A DNA stretch of 64,000 nucleotides from Ophelia neglecta (Eukaryota). Each line of letters starts with the position of its first letter. Position 1 is the stretch's first letter. Made by a program: the position numbers and the translations under genes. Below the pieces are notes generated by a model, which was given only the letters and a program-made list of their open reading frames with translations, had not been told where the DNA came from and searched no databases. Shown here piece by piece: positions 24,101-39,100 of this stretch. The stretch covers positions 121,272,001-121,336,000 of the forward strand of contig OZ260661.1 of the NCBI GenBank assembly GCA_965285935.1, read 5' to 3'.

Positions 24101-27100
24101 TAACTTTAAACTTAACGAGACACTGGTAGCTTGCTTAGTCTGTCCTTAATTAAATACAGTAAGATAACCATTCATTTGGAACTATTCTTGTCCTATGCTC
24201 TAAGAACTAAGAACTATTCTCAGCCAGCATGCTTTTTGTACTAAGAACTATTCCCGGCCAGCACACTCTAAGAACATAGAACTATTCTCGGCCAGCATGC
24301 TGTAAGAACTATCCTCAGCCTGCATACTCTAAGAAGTTATATCGGCTAGCATGCTCTAAGAACTAAGAATTGTTCTCAGCCAGCATGCTCTAAAAACTAA
24401 TCTCATGCAGCAAACTCTTCTGCTTTCTAGTACATGGGGTCTGGTTAGCAGCTTGTTGTCACCTGCCTAAGAGATATTCCTGTTCTATTTCATAATGATG
24501 TAAATTAACACCAACTTATTGACTATAACAAATATATTGTGGAGGTAGACACTGATTTTTTAATGACAAACAGTTGTAAGTTAGACTGCAGTTAGCCCTG
24601 TTGACAAAGGCAGCCATCAAGGTTTGAGCTTGTTCACTGTATATTTACATGGCTTTTGTATGGCAAAATCTCCAGTAAATCTAATATCTCCCATAGCATG
24701 GTGTCATAACACCCTGGCATGACAAGTAGGATACATAGTCAATCAATATTAATGACTGAGGGCATGGAGGACGAGCCTGATATGACACCCTGGTATGACA
24801 CCGGGACACCAGTCCAATCCAATAACTTCCCCAGAGATACACCTCATCCCCATTAAACCTTCAATACTTACACAGAAATGTCAAACCAAGTTCAGCATCA
24901 CGGACTCTACTGATGATAAAATTAATAATTTTGTTTTTATGCTGTCCTTTCTTTGTCTAAAACAACATCAGCTTTATGCCCATGTATTTTCCCCGGCCAG
25001 CTACAGTTGTACATTGGGTCATATCAGTAGATTAGGCACGAGGATGTCTTAGGTTTTAATAAGCCCACATTATAACATTTTATTTATAATCATATTCAAA
25101 ACATTCGTTCAGTATCAAGTCTTATATCATTTTAAAGGCAAATATCTGTGTAATTATTGGATAGAAATTCACACTTTGATGACCAATTAGCTGGCACATT
25201 ATACACAGTTTTCCAGCACTACCCTATCTATGTAAACACAACCAAGTGCGCTTCACTTTTTACTACCCCCCCCCCCCCCTGGTGTCAATGAAACACATAA
25301 AATAGTTCACCAGAAATGTGTCAACTATCAAATATATATTAGCACTTAGGGGTAAACCAATGACCAGACTTGTGTCCAGAAATCCATATTGGTCCATAGT
25401 TCACCTTGATATCAGAAAATTTGTGTGTGATATTAGTGCCGGTGCTAGCTTTGTCACATGCGGGCTATGATTGGATATCTCAAGGCCCCTTAATCCCTAG
25501 ATCATGATATAGAGTTGTACTATTGCAGGGCCAGACTCAGAGGGAAACAAGGGAGTGCCAATTTGACAGAAACCCACTTTTGTTTAGTCCTGCATACCCA
25601 TTTAGTTTTGGTAGAAGGGGGTTGATCTCCTATTGAAGTGTGACAGGGGACCTTTCTTATAATAAAGTACCAGGACTATTTTTCCCCAGACCCTTTCCAT
25701 CTCCCCTGGGATTGACATGGAGTGAGTCCAGGCCATGGTATATGGACCAGACTGGGCATCAATGCTAACCTGCCTCACAGATAATTATTTCCTTCAGACC
25801 ATATAGCCAACAAACCAGGTTAACCTACAATTGTTGTATAATTCATTGATGGTTTGTTATAATATTTACATTACAGGTCAGGTTTGTGAACAGAACATGT
25901 CATAAAGTCTAGGATGGTAGTACACTAGCCCAGCCTAGCCACTGGGTATGGGGCGAGGCCAGATTGTGGATGTTTTTTTATAGTCAGACCCATGTTCACA
26001 AGAATTCCATTATAATAAAGGACAAACTGATTTTATTTTCTATAGAGTTGGGCAAAAACACAAAATCAAAACTAGGTTTGTCACTTCAAAATGAACAGGG
26101 TCCTTAAAGCATTGAAGAATATGTTGTAAAACAAGAAAAAAACTGTCACTGTCAGAAGGAAACATCATCCATCACCAGCAGACGACAACCTAATGAATAG
26201 CTTTGAATCTTGTTTAAGAAAGATTACAAAGAAGGGTGAGGAATGCAGATGAAATAAACTAAAGATGGCAGCCACAACAGCCTATTACAAATAAGACTTA
26301 AAGGGAGTCCTGACTTCTGATATTAAAGTAATCGCTCTCTAAAGGCCTTTAGCATATTTATATTATGTGTCTATCGCTGCAGGTCATCAAAGCAATCAGA
26401 AATTGGTCACTTGGATATTTATCTGCAATTCTGATTTAACGTATACCCTGAAGATACAGCAGGTATTTATATCCATACATCCTTTATAAATACACAAATA
26501 TAAATATACATAGCATTCAAGAACACACAGTTCATAGAAAAAAAACATTGCCTGCAGAAAAATGATTTTCATATTCATGTAGTTTTATTCCCTGAAGAAC
26601 TAGGTATATCTAGCCAGTAGAAGACAAATGGACAAAGACAGGTCCACAGGGAGCACATGGCTTTGTCCACAGTAATCACAATCTCTACTGGCACACCTGC
26701 AGCTAGGCTTGATAAGGCCAACTTGAGCAATGAGCAAGCTGCGGAAAATCTGAGTCCTTTCCACCTGAGAGCAGGGTAGATTTGGATGAGACCTAAAACT
26801 GGGTTAGTTAATTGCTCAGCCTCCACCTGTAGGCCCCATGTAAGCTGTGCAGAAATTAATCAGGCACATTGGAGCAGCTCCTGTCTAGATTAATGGTTCA
26901 GAGCACCCAGCCATGTTTTACAAATTCCATGTGGGAGAAAGTGTGTCAGCAGCTAGCCCTTGAGACCTACAGTGATATGGTCTGGCAGATAGATGTTCTG
27001 GCCCCGGGCTACAAGCAGATCACCACGTAGTGGTCAGTTCTGTTCAGAATCTCCCTGGCCCACCTTGCTCCCGACACCAGGGAGGCTGGTAAGATGATTA

Positions 27101-30100
27101 CGACAGGACATGTAAGTGTGGACACTGGCAGCCCCTCGCCCTGGCCACACAGGGTACCGGCACACCCCACCACTACACCTGCAATTACCTGACAACACTA
27201 TCAGAGCTCTGGACACCAACAACAGATACCAGCAGGATCTGGTGTGTTTAGAGTGGAGGAGATCAAAGCTCCCACTGATCATCTGTCTGATGTATTACTG
27301 TCCAGGTTAATGAGACGGCCAGGTGATGAGGGAGACCACCTCAGATTGTCAGTACATAGTTTACTGTACATAATTTACTGTAGATGGAGCCGCCTCCACG
27401 GAAGAGGGCAGCATGACCTTGACCTATTTAATTTATCATAGCCTATGTCTAGTCCTGACACTTTTGATTAAAATCAAACTAATTTATTGTTCCATGTTGA
27501 CCCTGACTTGTTTGTGTTGCCCCTCTGTTTCAATGTCCAGCCCAGTGTGGGTTATTTCCATTCCCTTTCTAACAAGGACCATCCGGTCTGGGCTCTGGTT
27601 TACCTTATCCTCTATAACCACTCAATTCAGTAATTCAGGTTCTATACCTGGACATGCTGACACAAACAAACTAACCAAGATGAAAGCCCAGCTCCCTTTA
27701 GAACTCCAGATTCAATATACAAGCACAACTCCCCTCATTACCACTAACCCCGGGCCCTGCTGGGCTGTCTACTGATCAGCTCAGTCTCACTGAGGACCTA
27801 CATCAACCAGATTTCAAGGGAATCACACAACATGGCTTTACATTACTTGGAAATGTTTTTGCATAGGATTGTTTGAAGTAGGCAGTCACTTGTGAATGAT
27901 TAGGGATGAACCGATGTACAGGGCAGGAAGAAAGCCTGATCTCCAATCTCTCTTACCAGCCCTGTCACTTTGCCACAGTTACTCCTTACTTTATTACACA
28001 AACAACCACTTATTACCATAGAGTAACAATTCCAGTCCCTTTGGCAATTTTAAATATATCCATCAACCTGTCTATAGCAGTCACCTGGCCTATATGACCA
28101 CCTATACAGGCATAGCAGTCACCTGGCCTATATGACCACCTATACAGGCATAGCAGTCACCTGGCCTATATGACCACCTATACAGGCATAGCAGTCACCT
28201 GGCCTATATGACCACCTATACAGGCATAGCAGACACCTGGCCTATATGACCACCTATACAGGCATAGCAGACACCTGGCCTATATGACCACCTATACAGG
28301 CATAGCAGACACCTGGCCTATATGACCACCTATAGAGGTATTATAGTGGTCACCTATAAGACCATCTAGTTAGGTGGTTGCCAGTGGTCATCTGGCCTAT
28401 AAGACCACCTATACATGACTCATGGTAACCTCCATTACTTAGGTGTACAGGTATCTCCCATAAAGTTATACATCCTAATTATATCTTTTGTCTACAAACG
28501 AGCACTTGTGACGACATTTGGACCTATCTTTCTCCACGTTATCGTCAGCAGTTATTTCTACTGCGTTTTAAATGAGTTGCCGAAAATTCCTGAGGTTGAA
28601 ATGGATAGGTAGGAAATTGCTTTGGGAACAAATGAGCAGTAAAAAGTTAAACCTGTTGCCATTTATCATGTACTGCATGCCAAAAGAGGAGCATTATGAT
28701 GGGATGGTGAATTGTGGAGGAGCTGTGATTAAGATACAAGACTGATCTGACACTTTCAGGACGGAGGAGCTACATAACTCAGATAGACCTACACATCTAC
28801 AGTAGAAATGATAGAGCTGGGACTGTGGGAAGAGCAAACTGGTATCTCACAGAGGACAAGGCAATGCATGGTTTCACCATCAACACACACTGCACGCCGT
28901 AAAATGGCTTGATCAACAAACTACTTTTATGCCATATATCAGCTGCGTCCACATTTTTCTAGCCTCATCTCCCAACAAAACATCAGATTGTTCCAAAAAA
29001 TTAATTTCTTAGAAACTGAGACACAACATTTTAAATAATTACCCAGTGTTTAAGACCTGAAACATGACATAGCTACCTGGTTAAACAATGACACAACATT
29101 GTTTACTAAGGAAATAATGAACCCACTTCTAATACTGCTCAATGTCAGAAATTTCAGTTTGGTTGACAGAGATAATAAAAAGTTTATTCATGGTATTATT
29201 CTCCGTGGACTTCCGGTATATGATATATGATTTATATACATTGAGGGTTCAAGTCTCAGGCCTCATGGCTTGGCCTTCCAATCTGAGCAGCTGGTGCCTG
29301 AGTACCCCACAGGACTACAATGTCTCTATCACCAAGTCAATTTCCTTAAAGCAATGTCTTCAGAAGGGTAAAGCCACTTTTGAGTTCTCCAAGGCAAATA
29401 TTATGGCATTAGGGGCAACGGTAAAGGATGAGCTGTCAAATCATTTAGCTTTTTTTTGTGAAGAACATCTATGTTTTTTTTAAAGATCTGTGGTATGTGA
29501 AGATGGGAAGGGGAGGATGCTAGTCTCAGGGAAAATGTATGTGGTGTGATCTGGTGTCACTATATGATGGATGAAGGAGCTGGGAGTAGGCTTGCTACCT
29601 CCATATATCAACTATAGACAGAAGGTGACAATTACACCCTTGTTCCTGTCCCACAAAGGACTAAAGAGGCTCAGGGAACTGTCCAAAGCCTGGCTCAGAA
29701 CCTGGATGGCATTTTACAAGGACAACTTAGTTGTCTTTGTGCCGTTGTCAACAGTTCCAAGGCCTAGGGATCAAATACCTCTGTAAACACCAAAAACAAG
29801 CAGAATATCTGAGGGTCTCCCCGCTCAGAAGATAATCACCACACAAAAAAAAAACAGAATATCAGCAGCAAGGCCTCTTCTATCAGGATATAATTACCAT
29901 AGAAAGAAACCCACATACTATAAGTATGAGGACTGCTATTCTCAGGACATAAACACCACAGAAAAAACACAGAACACCTGAGGGCCTCTTCTCTCAGGAC
30001 ATAAACACCAAAAGGTAAACTGAATATCTGGGAGCCTCTTTTCTCAGGACATAAACACCATAAAATTAAATTGAATATCTGGGGGCCTCTTCTCTCAGCA

Positions 30101-33100
30101 CATAAACACCAAAAGGTAAACTGAATATCTGGGGGCCTCTTCTCTCAGGACATAAACACCAAAAAGCTAAACTGAATATCTGAGGGCCTTTTCTCTCATG
30201 ACATCAACACCAAAAAGTTAAACTGTATATCCGGGCGCCTCTTCTCTCAGGAGATAATCACAAATGAAAAAAACTTAGAAATTCTTAAGGCCTCTTCTCT
30301 CAGTACATAAGTATCATAGGATAAACTACACAAAGGATGTGATGCCCAATACTGCCTCCAATGGAGTAGTTTACACCCACTTTTAGTAGCATTGGCACTG
30401 ACAACACAAATGGATTTTACCAAACAATCGAATGTTGATGGTATAAGGCAAGTTCTAAAAGCATGCTGATTGGTCGAGCCTGCCTCGTGCATACAGAGTG
30501 GTTTGAGTCCGCATGTGCAGTGTGCCCACTTGCAGGGAAACTTGCAATTACCACTAGTAAAACACAACAGGTGAAAAATACATAGGAATTTATAGGAATA
30601 GCCATAACGGCTTCTCCCACTCGACTTGGTGAAGCAGCCACAGATAAAGGCAGAGGTAGGAAATTGTTGGGTGAAGATCAGCTTATTTCTACACATGAAG
30701 CACTAACATTACAACTGGACAAGCCCACTCTGTCAGCCACTGGGTTTGTTTCACTGTATATTTGCCCATACATTTTTTTAAACCTGACTTTTATTCTGAA
30801 ACCCAATAAGATGTGTAATGAATGACCTGGGCAACATTCAGACCCGGTGGTTTTTAAAACTTTATCATCTCCTGGCATCTCTACTTTTGAACATGTTTCT
30901 GTACAAGCAGCATCATTGTGCAGGCTCACTTTTGCTGTAGAATGTGTGTGTACAATAGAATTGTTTGAAAGTTGGTCATCTCCATGGCAAAAACGGGTCA
31001 TCTCCACAGCAATAACAAGTCATGAGAAGGCCTTTGCACTGCCATGCCTGTTAAGGAGATCAGCCTGCTTGACAACTGCTTTGATATAGTCTGTAAGCCA
31101 CAAAGCACATGTAGCTTGCATTTAAATAATTTGCATTAGAGACAGGATATCAACAGGGGATGCATTTGTGGAAACACAATAATACTAAAAGAAAACAGAG
31201 GATTTCAATGCTTCCTGCCCTCAAGACACCCAACCCAACCAATTTTATAAGCCACCTGGACATCAATTCCAAAACAGGGGAAATGATAAAATATCAGTGA
31301 TGTACTACTTACAAGTTAAAAAATCTTTTTGCAAAAAGTTTTATTTCTAGAATCTGTCCAATCATAGGTTTGAAGGAGGGCCAGACCTAGTACAGAGAAT
31401 ATCATTCATTCTTGGAATGGTAAAAAACTAGCCCAGCTGCTTGTGTAAAAGAATGTAGCAATCACCAGCTATCCAAGTGATAGACAGCCTTACATGGTGT
31501 TGCCTAAGTTATTTCATTCACATTATCATTCTGAACAATAATTTAAAATGAAATATTTCAGCTGGGTCAAGGGAAACTTGGGGAAGCTTCTGCGCTTTAT
31601 GATTTATGTCTCTACATGTTGGTATAATCCAGCTCAATATGTGATTATGCAGGAAACACAAGCATTAATGATTTATTACAGGAACAAAAATACTCTAATG
31701 AATGCCAGAATACCTTTAAGGCCAACAACGTATCAACAAAAACCTGGACAGATGATTTGAATTTAATCAGTCATGCTTACCTATAAAGTGAGTATATAAA
31801 ACTATCTAGGGATTGATGTATCCGGGGAATAGTTTGACGATCAATACAGTGTTAAGCCTCCATGGAATGAATTAAAAACATCATGGAATTAACAACAATG
31901 CATGACAAAACAGTCCAAAAACCAATGACAATTTGTCATATCTGAAAACAAAGAAACTTTTAACGAATGAAATGTCACCTCAGGCAATGTCATTAAGAAA
32001 TTAACATTTGATCAACCACAATAGCTAGAAATTGTCAACAAGATGAAAGTTTAATGGTGTGGTTTTCATATCAAGGTCTGTGGTTATTATTCAGAGCAAT
32101 GCCTCATTAGGCTGAGAACACCATGATTTGGCATGTAGTGGGTTTGGCCAAAGATCAACCCGGACCACACCTCTAATAGACAACACATTAACACAGTCTG
32201 ATGGAGACAGTTATTGTTATTAATATGCTATTATCAAGATGGATGGCAGAGAGTGGTTTTTGGTAATATACAGTATAACTATTAATTATTGTACATACAT
32301 GAACTTGATAAATTGAAAAATTATTCTAACTACTCACCCATACATATAAATTGGCAGTGTAAAAGTCAATTGAAATAGCCTAAATTGGGAAACTTACTTG
32401 CTGCCTTTAAAAAGTATGCCAACACTGCTCAAATTTAAAGATATAAAAGCTTATTTTCCATTTCATAAATTCCGGAGATTACTAAACATCCAAATTGTTT
32501 TCATTTACAAATTGATTTGCACAGAGGTCAAGGCCTGCTTGTTTTGTGAGCCATAGTGATGTAAATAGATAATATTTGGCAGCATCAAGCTTTCTCTCAA
32601 TTAAAGCCAGGTATTTTACCACATACTACATTGGTGATTAACTCTTACTCTAGTCTACAATGCTTTTTGGCCGTACACAAAAAAATAATAATACATTTAC
32701 ATTTTTTCTAGTAACATAATAGTTCAAGAAATATTAAAGTTTGTGCAAATTTCCTGCTTGAGAGTAGAGAACATTTGGGTTCTGGCACTGGGCTATGCAG
32801 TCTGGCTGCTAATGAGAGTTCCTCACGCAAATAGCTATTGTTATTTTTACAGTTTAGTGCCATGAGTTTTGTCCGCAGGCCTTTTGGAGCCAGACACTTG
32901 CTGAAGCCAGCCCCATACTTGGTTCTGTTTCCAGTCAGTTACACAGCACAGCCAGAGGTTATCATATACATTCCAATATGACAATTAGCCCTGGATTGAT
33001 CCCACTGACAGTCCCATACTGGCTTGATACTCCCTCAATTAGAATTCCTGGGCCTTGTCTTTAATACTCAATATCACCGTCTTCCCATGGATTTATGTAA

Positions 33101-36100
33101 ATTGTCACCAGTTCTAGTAAATAATACCTTTCAATACTTTCGATTCCATGGTATTTATCATAATATGTTGATATTTCCAACTCAATTTGTTTTTACAGAT
33201 GCAATATACCAGCTGATAAGACTTTATATTGGCAAGTGTTAGTTTTAGATGTGGGTGGTAATGATACTGACTGGAGTCTTGGAGGACTCTACTGTATTTA
33301 CCCTCATCCCTCCTGCAATATGATCATGCACCTGTAATAAATCCATAAAGTCACTGTAAAAGGAGGGAGGGGAGGGGTGGAGGGGTAAAGTAAGCTGGGT
33401 ATAAGGTGTTTTATGTAAAGGAGTATTGTTATGGATTAGATCAGGTAATGTTTCAGGGTGACCAATTCTGAGATAAACTACTCACGCCTGATTAGACTTG
33501 TTAAAGGCCGTTTAGCAGATCTCTTGGTTTACTGCCCTCTCTGCTGCCTGTTTTTCTGCTGTGTAAAACCAGTTGACCTATTCTCCTCACTTCAAACACT
33601 GAGTTCAGGGGTCAAGCTGAGAGCTGTTCAGCCACTCGAGGGGAACAAACAGGAGATAAATCACTGTCTCCATACCAGTTAATATACCTCAACACCATCA
33701 ATCTCACTAATACAGACAAATAAAAAAGATCAACTCCATCATTGTAGTTAACATAGTACAAACTTCCAAAAATGTGACAATATATCAATTTAATGCAAAT
33801 ACAATTTAGCTGACCAATTATCGTTTGATGTTTTATGAGACTTTCTTCATTGTACACTGTTGTTGTGACAGTTGTCCAGTCATGTATGATGTGGTAGAAA
33901 TCTCATTTTTTTGTGATTTCATTGACATTCAGGTTTAAACGAGGAGAAACTTGTGCTAATTTGCTTTGTCAAACATTTGTTAACTACCTATATTTGACAA
34001 GTTAGACTTTATCATGTGAGGCTTGGATTCCTTTCTAATAAATCATTACTAATCATGACATACTATATATACATATATTACATGCACTGAATAATTTTCT
34101 TTGATCATTAATAACTACGGAGCTTTGTAGACCAGCCAAATCTGCTTTAATTGGGGATAATAAGCCTAATTTTCAGCAGCACAGCCTTATTGTGTCTTTT
34201 ATACTTCATAAAGAATAGGCCTCATCACAGGGTCCCTAGTACACCTGCTGGGAAGCTCTAGATTTCTACAGAACACCATAAATAATAAAACAGCCTTGTT
34301 CAACTGTCCTGGGGAGGCTGCCCACAACACATACATCTGCATGTATACATGTATACATGAAGTATGCATGCTGCTCCAGAGACCTGTACACTGGTTAGGA
34401 CAAGGGCAGCAGGCCTGAGAAAGGTGGCTGTCAACTCTCAGGCTAAACAACATGCTCGGTTGGAATACGGTTGGTATACATGTACTGCCATTGTCCATAG
34501 AATTTCTGGCGGAAACTAACAGACCTACAGGTAAATTCGGACAGTTCCATTTAGGAGTAGCCTTCATTTTCTCCTTCACCCTTGCTGGCACCACCAGTTT
34601 CTGTACTTGGGACACACACACCCCTTCCCCTTCCCTCTGTGTAGAATCTACATTATTCTGAAAACTGACAACAGGTATTAACTATCTATAGACCCAGATG
34701 GCTTGGAACAAAGCCTTTGCATTTATATATCTTCATCTAAAAACTGTGTGGAAAGCTTTTCATTTCTCCCTTAGATAGATATCACAAGTGGTAATACACA
34801 TCCATAAAACAAGCAAAAACAGCCATCTTGAGACAAAAAAGTATGGATGAATTCACTGCCGCGATGACTGAGCACGCTCCTTGGATATCAATAGCAATGG
34901 TTGACTAGAAGGCTTGGGACTGTCATATTTTATTTGTCTCTTCTTGCTCTACGTAGCCATTCATCAAATGAGTTTATCTGCCGCTGAGTGGGGAAGAGTG
35001 AGAGCAAATCGGATAAGAGCTCAACACCTGATTACAATTCACGTATTTTTGACACACAATGATAGATTCGTGCGCAGCACGTGCTGCTTTCTGGTCACAA
35101 ATTGGCAAAAACTCCCCAAAGAAGGTAATCATTGCAGAGAATTTCTGGGTAATTCTCCTTTCGGGGCCAGCTAATTCCATCAGGGGGATGAATCAATGGT
35201 ATGAATAGGTAGGCAGGTATGGGCCTTAAGGAGAGTGCGAGGATTGCAGAAACCTGCTCTGTACCAAGAGATGGAGGGAGGGGCGTAAATAGTGGCATCT
35301 CACAACAGACACCAGTAAGAAACCTTGTGGAATGTCACATGGTAGAATTGTGTATTTATAATGTAGACAGTTCTTGGGTGAGTATATTCCACAAGTTTAT
35401 TATTCTACCTTCCACATGCAGACTATATTGACTATCACTCTCCCAGTCTAGTGAAAGGAGGAAAAATATAACTGGAGCCATGAGAATGTTGGACCAGAAA
35501 CACAGCTTTCCTAATGAGGGGATTCTTATTTTAATGTACGTGTACCCATATCACATTATAAAGGGTTTAATTCTGAATTTAATGTGCCCAGATCACATTA
35601 AAATGTGTTTTATTCGGACTAAAATTTACCCAAATTACATTTATAAGAGGTTTAATTCTGATTTTAATATGCGCAGATCACATTATAAGGGGTTTCAAAT
35701 TCTAATGTACCCAGATCACCTTATAAGGAAGGTGGTTGCTAAGCACTGCGGGCTCCACATTGCAGACTACATTTGGTTTTCTGTAGCAGACGTCTGGCGA
35801 CCCTCCATCTCTCTGTTTTAATGTTGGAGTTCTTCTTTTCCCCATGCTTTAGGAGGGGTTCTTGTCATTGACATGGTGTGGCAGTGGCTTACTCAAAAGA
35901 CCATTTGAGGCCACCAGATAATTATAGTCTTCCCTCTGGTCAGTAATAAAACAGAGATTAGGGTTGTAGATCACCTGGTCAGGACTACCGCCTGTCTGCC
36001 AGTCCGAGAGGCGGTGGTCCTAGCCTCCTGAATACAAATAGCCTGCAGTAACTCATGGCTAGGCACCAAAAAAAGGCTGGATATGACAAGTCCCCTAAAC

Positions 36101-39100
36101 TGATAAAGGGCAGAAGGTCAAAGGAGGGCAAAAACCTTATCTACTGGGAAAAACAAACTCTACATCAGGGAATTAAATAGAATAATTAATCTTGGTGTTA
36201 GTTAAATGTGTAATGTCACTCGAACAAAGTGTTACCTCCTTAAATAAATACAATAGGAAAGGCTATACCCTGGACATTCCTTTGCAATTTGCCAAGTCAA
36301 CACCAGATGGCAGCAGTTATGAGCAGTGCCGGTGAATATATAACTACTTACTGATAGAAGGCAGAAAGTTCAAAGGCTTATGACTGGAGTGGTCTGAGCG
36401 TTTGAAGTCATAATTGCTGAATTCTTCCCCAGATATGATTTACAACACCCAGGGTAGTGGATGGACAGAGCAAGCGGCTTGAATGTAAAGAGACATGTGA
36501 CTAGCAGTAAGCAGGTAGGCGGGCAGCGAGTTCAGGGCAGGAATTCTGCCACTGACAGCATAGCCTAGCAATGAGAAGCTGGCCCAGCCATTTTACAACA
36601 ACAAGGAACCACCTAGAATTTAGGTAATTTGTCGAAGGCCTTTGAAGTTTAAGAAAAGGCGATGGCGGCCACGATATCACCGTTTTGCTATCCTAGCATG
36701 CTTGCCCCGACACCCGCTTGGCACAGATTTCAGCCCAAGGTTGTTGTTTGGTATCAGTAAACAATCTCAGATTTATCTATAACAACAAATCTGACAAAAT
36801 AATAACTCCCTCACTGCTAGGAGGGAAATGGACCCTAATCGCTGAGAATACCACAATCTGTGAAAGATGAGCCCTAAACAAATGGTTTGGGTTATGTCAG
36901 TGGCTGTTACCCTGTGGGGGGGGGGGGGGGGGGAGGAAAGCTGGCATCATCTATCCAGAGAGAAGAGCCTTTTAGAAGGGCCAGCAGCCATGTCCAAGAT
37001 CTGTGTCCTCTGACCACACAGCTGGCGAGTGCCCCATGAAGCCCTCTTTCTGTGGTAGTAGTTTGATCACAGTCTGAAGCAACATTAGGGAGATACAATC
37101 TCAGGAGTACTGAAAGGCGTCTGCTACAGGTCAAAGGCCACAGAACAGGGCCTCTTCTCTGCCAGTTTCCGTAGGCGGAGGTGTTGTTTTAAGACAAGTG
37201 AACAGCTAGGGTTTCTGGGAAGGGAGGAGCCATGTTAGTGTAGAGCTCAGAGCATTTCACACACAAACCAATCGCTCATGGATATCTAGCAAGGCAATCA
37301 ACAGGAAACTTCTGAAAAATATTGACATTAGGTCTCCTAAAATATTGAAAGTCATTCAATACATCAACAGTTCCATACATGTCCATGACCTAGGTGACAG
37401 ACAGAAGTAGTATACAAAATACCTTGGAAACATTACTGAAACTATATCCCTAGGACACAGTCAGTGACAATCTTTGTTATATATAACTGTATACAATGTA
37501 CAGAATTCAGATATTGGACATTCCTGGGATTTTGGCCCTTCCTATGCTGATTAATGTGACAAGTGAGAGTTGTAAATCAGTCTTTATAGCATAAACAAAG
37601 GTGCATGGAGAGGCCATTGACAAACAAATGTCACTGAAGGAGTCCACATGTCCACAGCAGCCAGTTACATAGCCCAGCCTGTTAACATTGGCCCTAACCT
37701 GGACAGATCCCGGACAGGGACAGATCGCGGTGTTACTGAGCTGCCTTTGCCATTCCTACACAGGGCAAGGCCCATTCCAAAATCACATACCTGTGAGGCT
37801 TGAGCGAGAGCCGAGTCTGCCCATACTGCTCACGCAAATGTCAAAAGTATTGGTAGCCTCTCTGTACATAAACATGCCAGGGCTTACAAGCTCCATTTGT
37901 CAAAATACTTCTCTTGTAAATGATAAATAAAGTCTACAGGTAGACAACTCAGGGTCAAAGTATGCAGGGCTGTAAAACCTATAGACATGTATTCTTTACA
38001 GCACTCTTTTTCTATATATTTAGTGCAGAAATATGGTATTTCCAGTTAGCTGATAAGCGAGCTGACAAGATGATCTTGGCAGACCATTTTCACATGGTAG
38101 AATCATTCAACACATGGAATTTATGTTGGTGATATGAAGGTATCATCTGGGTAAATTAATCTCTCATTCAGAGAGCTGAATGAGCTGATCACTATGCAGG
38201 GAGCACCACTCAATCTAAGCTGGCTAAAAAACTACATGATATTTTTTTATAAACAGCTCATAAAAAATTGAAAAGAAAGAATTTATAAAGAATGATCACA
38301 AACAAGCAGTGGAAAAGATATTGTAATTAGTGAGATGGGCTGGGAAGAAGACATAACCATCTGTCAAGGCAGCCTGCTAATGGCCCAGCCCGGCAATAAA
38401 TCTAAAAGACAGGCATTAAGTCATCACCCCTGCTGTATGTCATCTGAGTACGTTTTTTGACTGCTTCCTCTGAGCAGGGATGTCAGTAAGTAATGGCTAT
38501 CTGTCAATAGAGTTTGTTCTATAACAGTAGATTTCAGCATGTGCAGGTGTCCCGTGATAATTGCCACCTCCTTTTATCCCCTCCCCCTAACCCCAAGCTG
38601 TGCCTCCCCCTCTCCCACCCTCCCACACCCTTCTGCCCCAGCCACAGCCATAACAAGCATGCGGCACACTTCAAAGCCCCCTCCAGCCTGGCAAAATCGA
38701 TAAGAAAAACATGCCAATGAAAAGAACAATGCTCTCAGACTAAAACTTAAATTTGCCAGCAATTATACGCTGTGCTGCCTGAGGGTAGACCATAATGTAC
38801 ACTCTCTAAATGTTTCTTTGTGACCCTGTTTCATGTCATGTGGATATTTCTAAAATTCCACACAAATTGATCATTAGCCTTGGCACATGGCTGCCACAGA
38901 GTATAGTCTGCCCACGGTGCCCATGGTGGCTCCACACAGTATAATCTGCCCACTGGATAAATATGACCATGTGGCCAGATTCTATGTGACTAGGAATCAA
39001 TACATTATATAATACACATCCAAATCAATACAGCTGATATCAAACATCGCCTGAACTGAGCTGGCATTATGACAAGTGTCAATAAAACTGGGAGCAGCAG

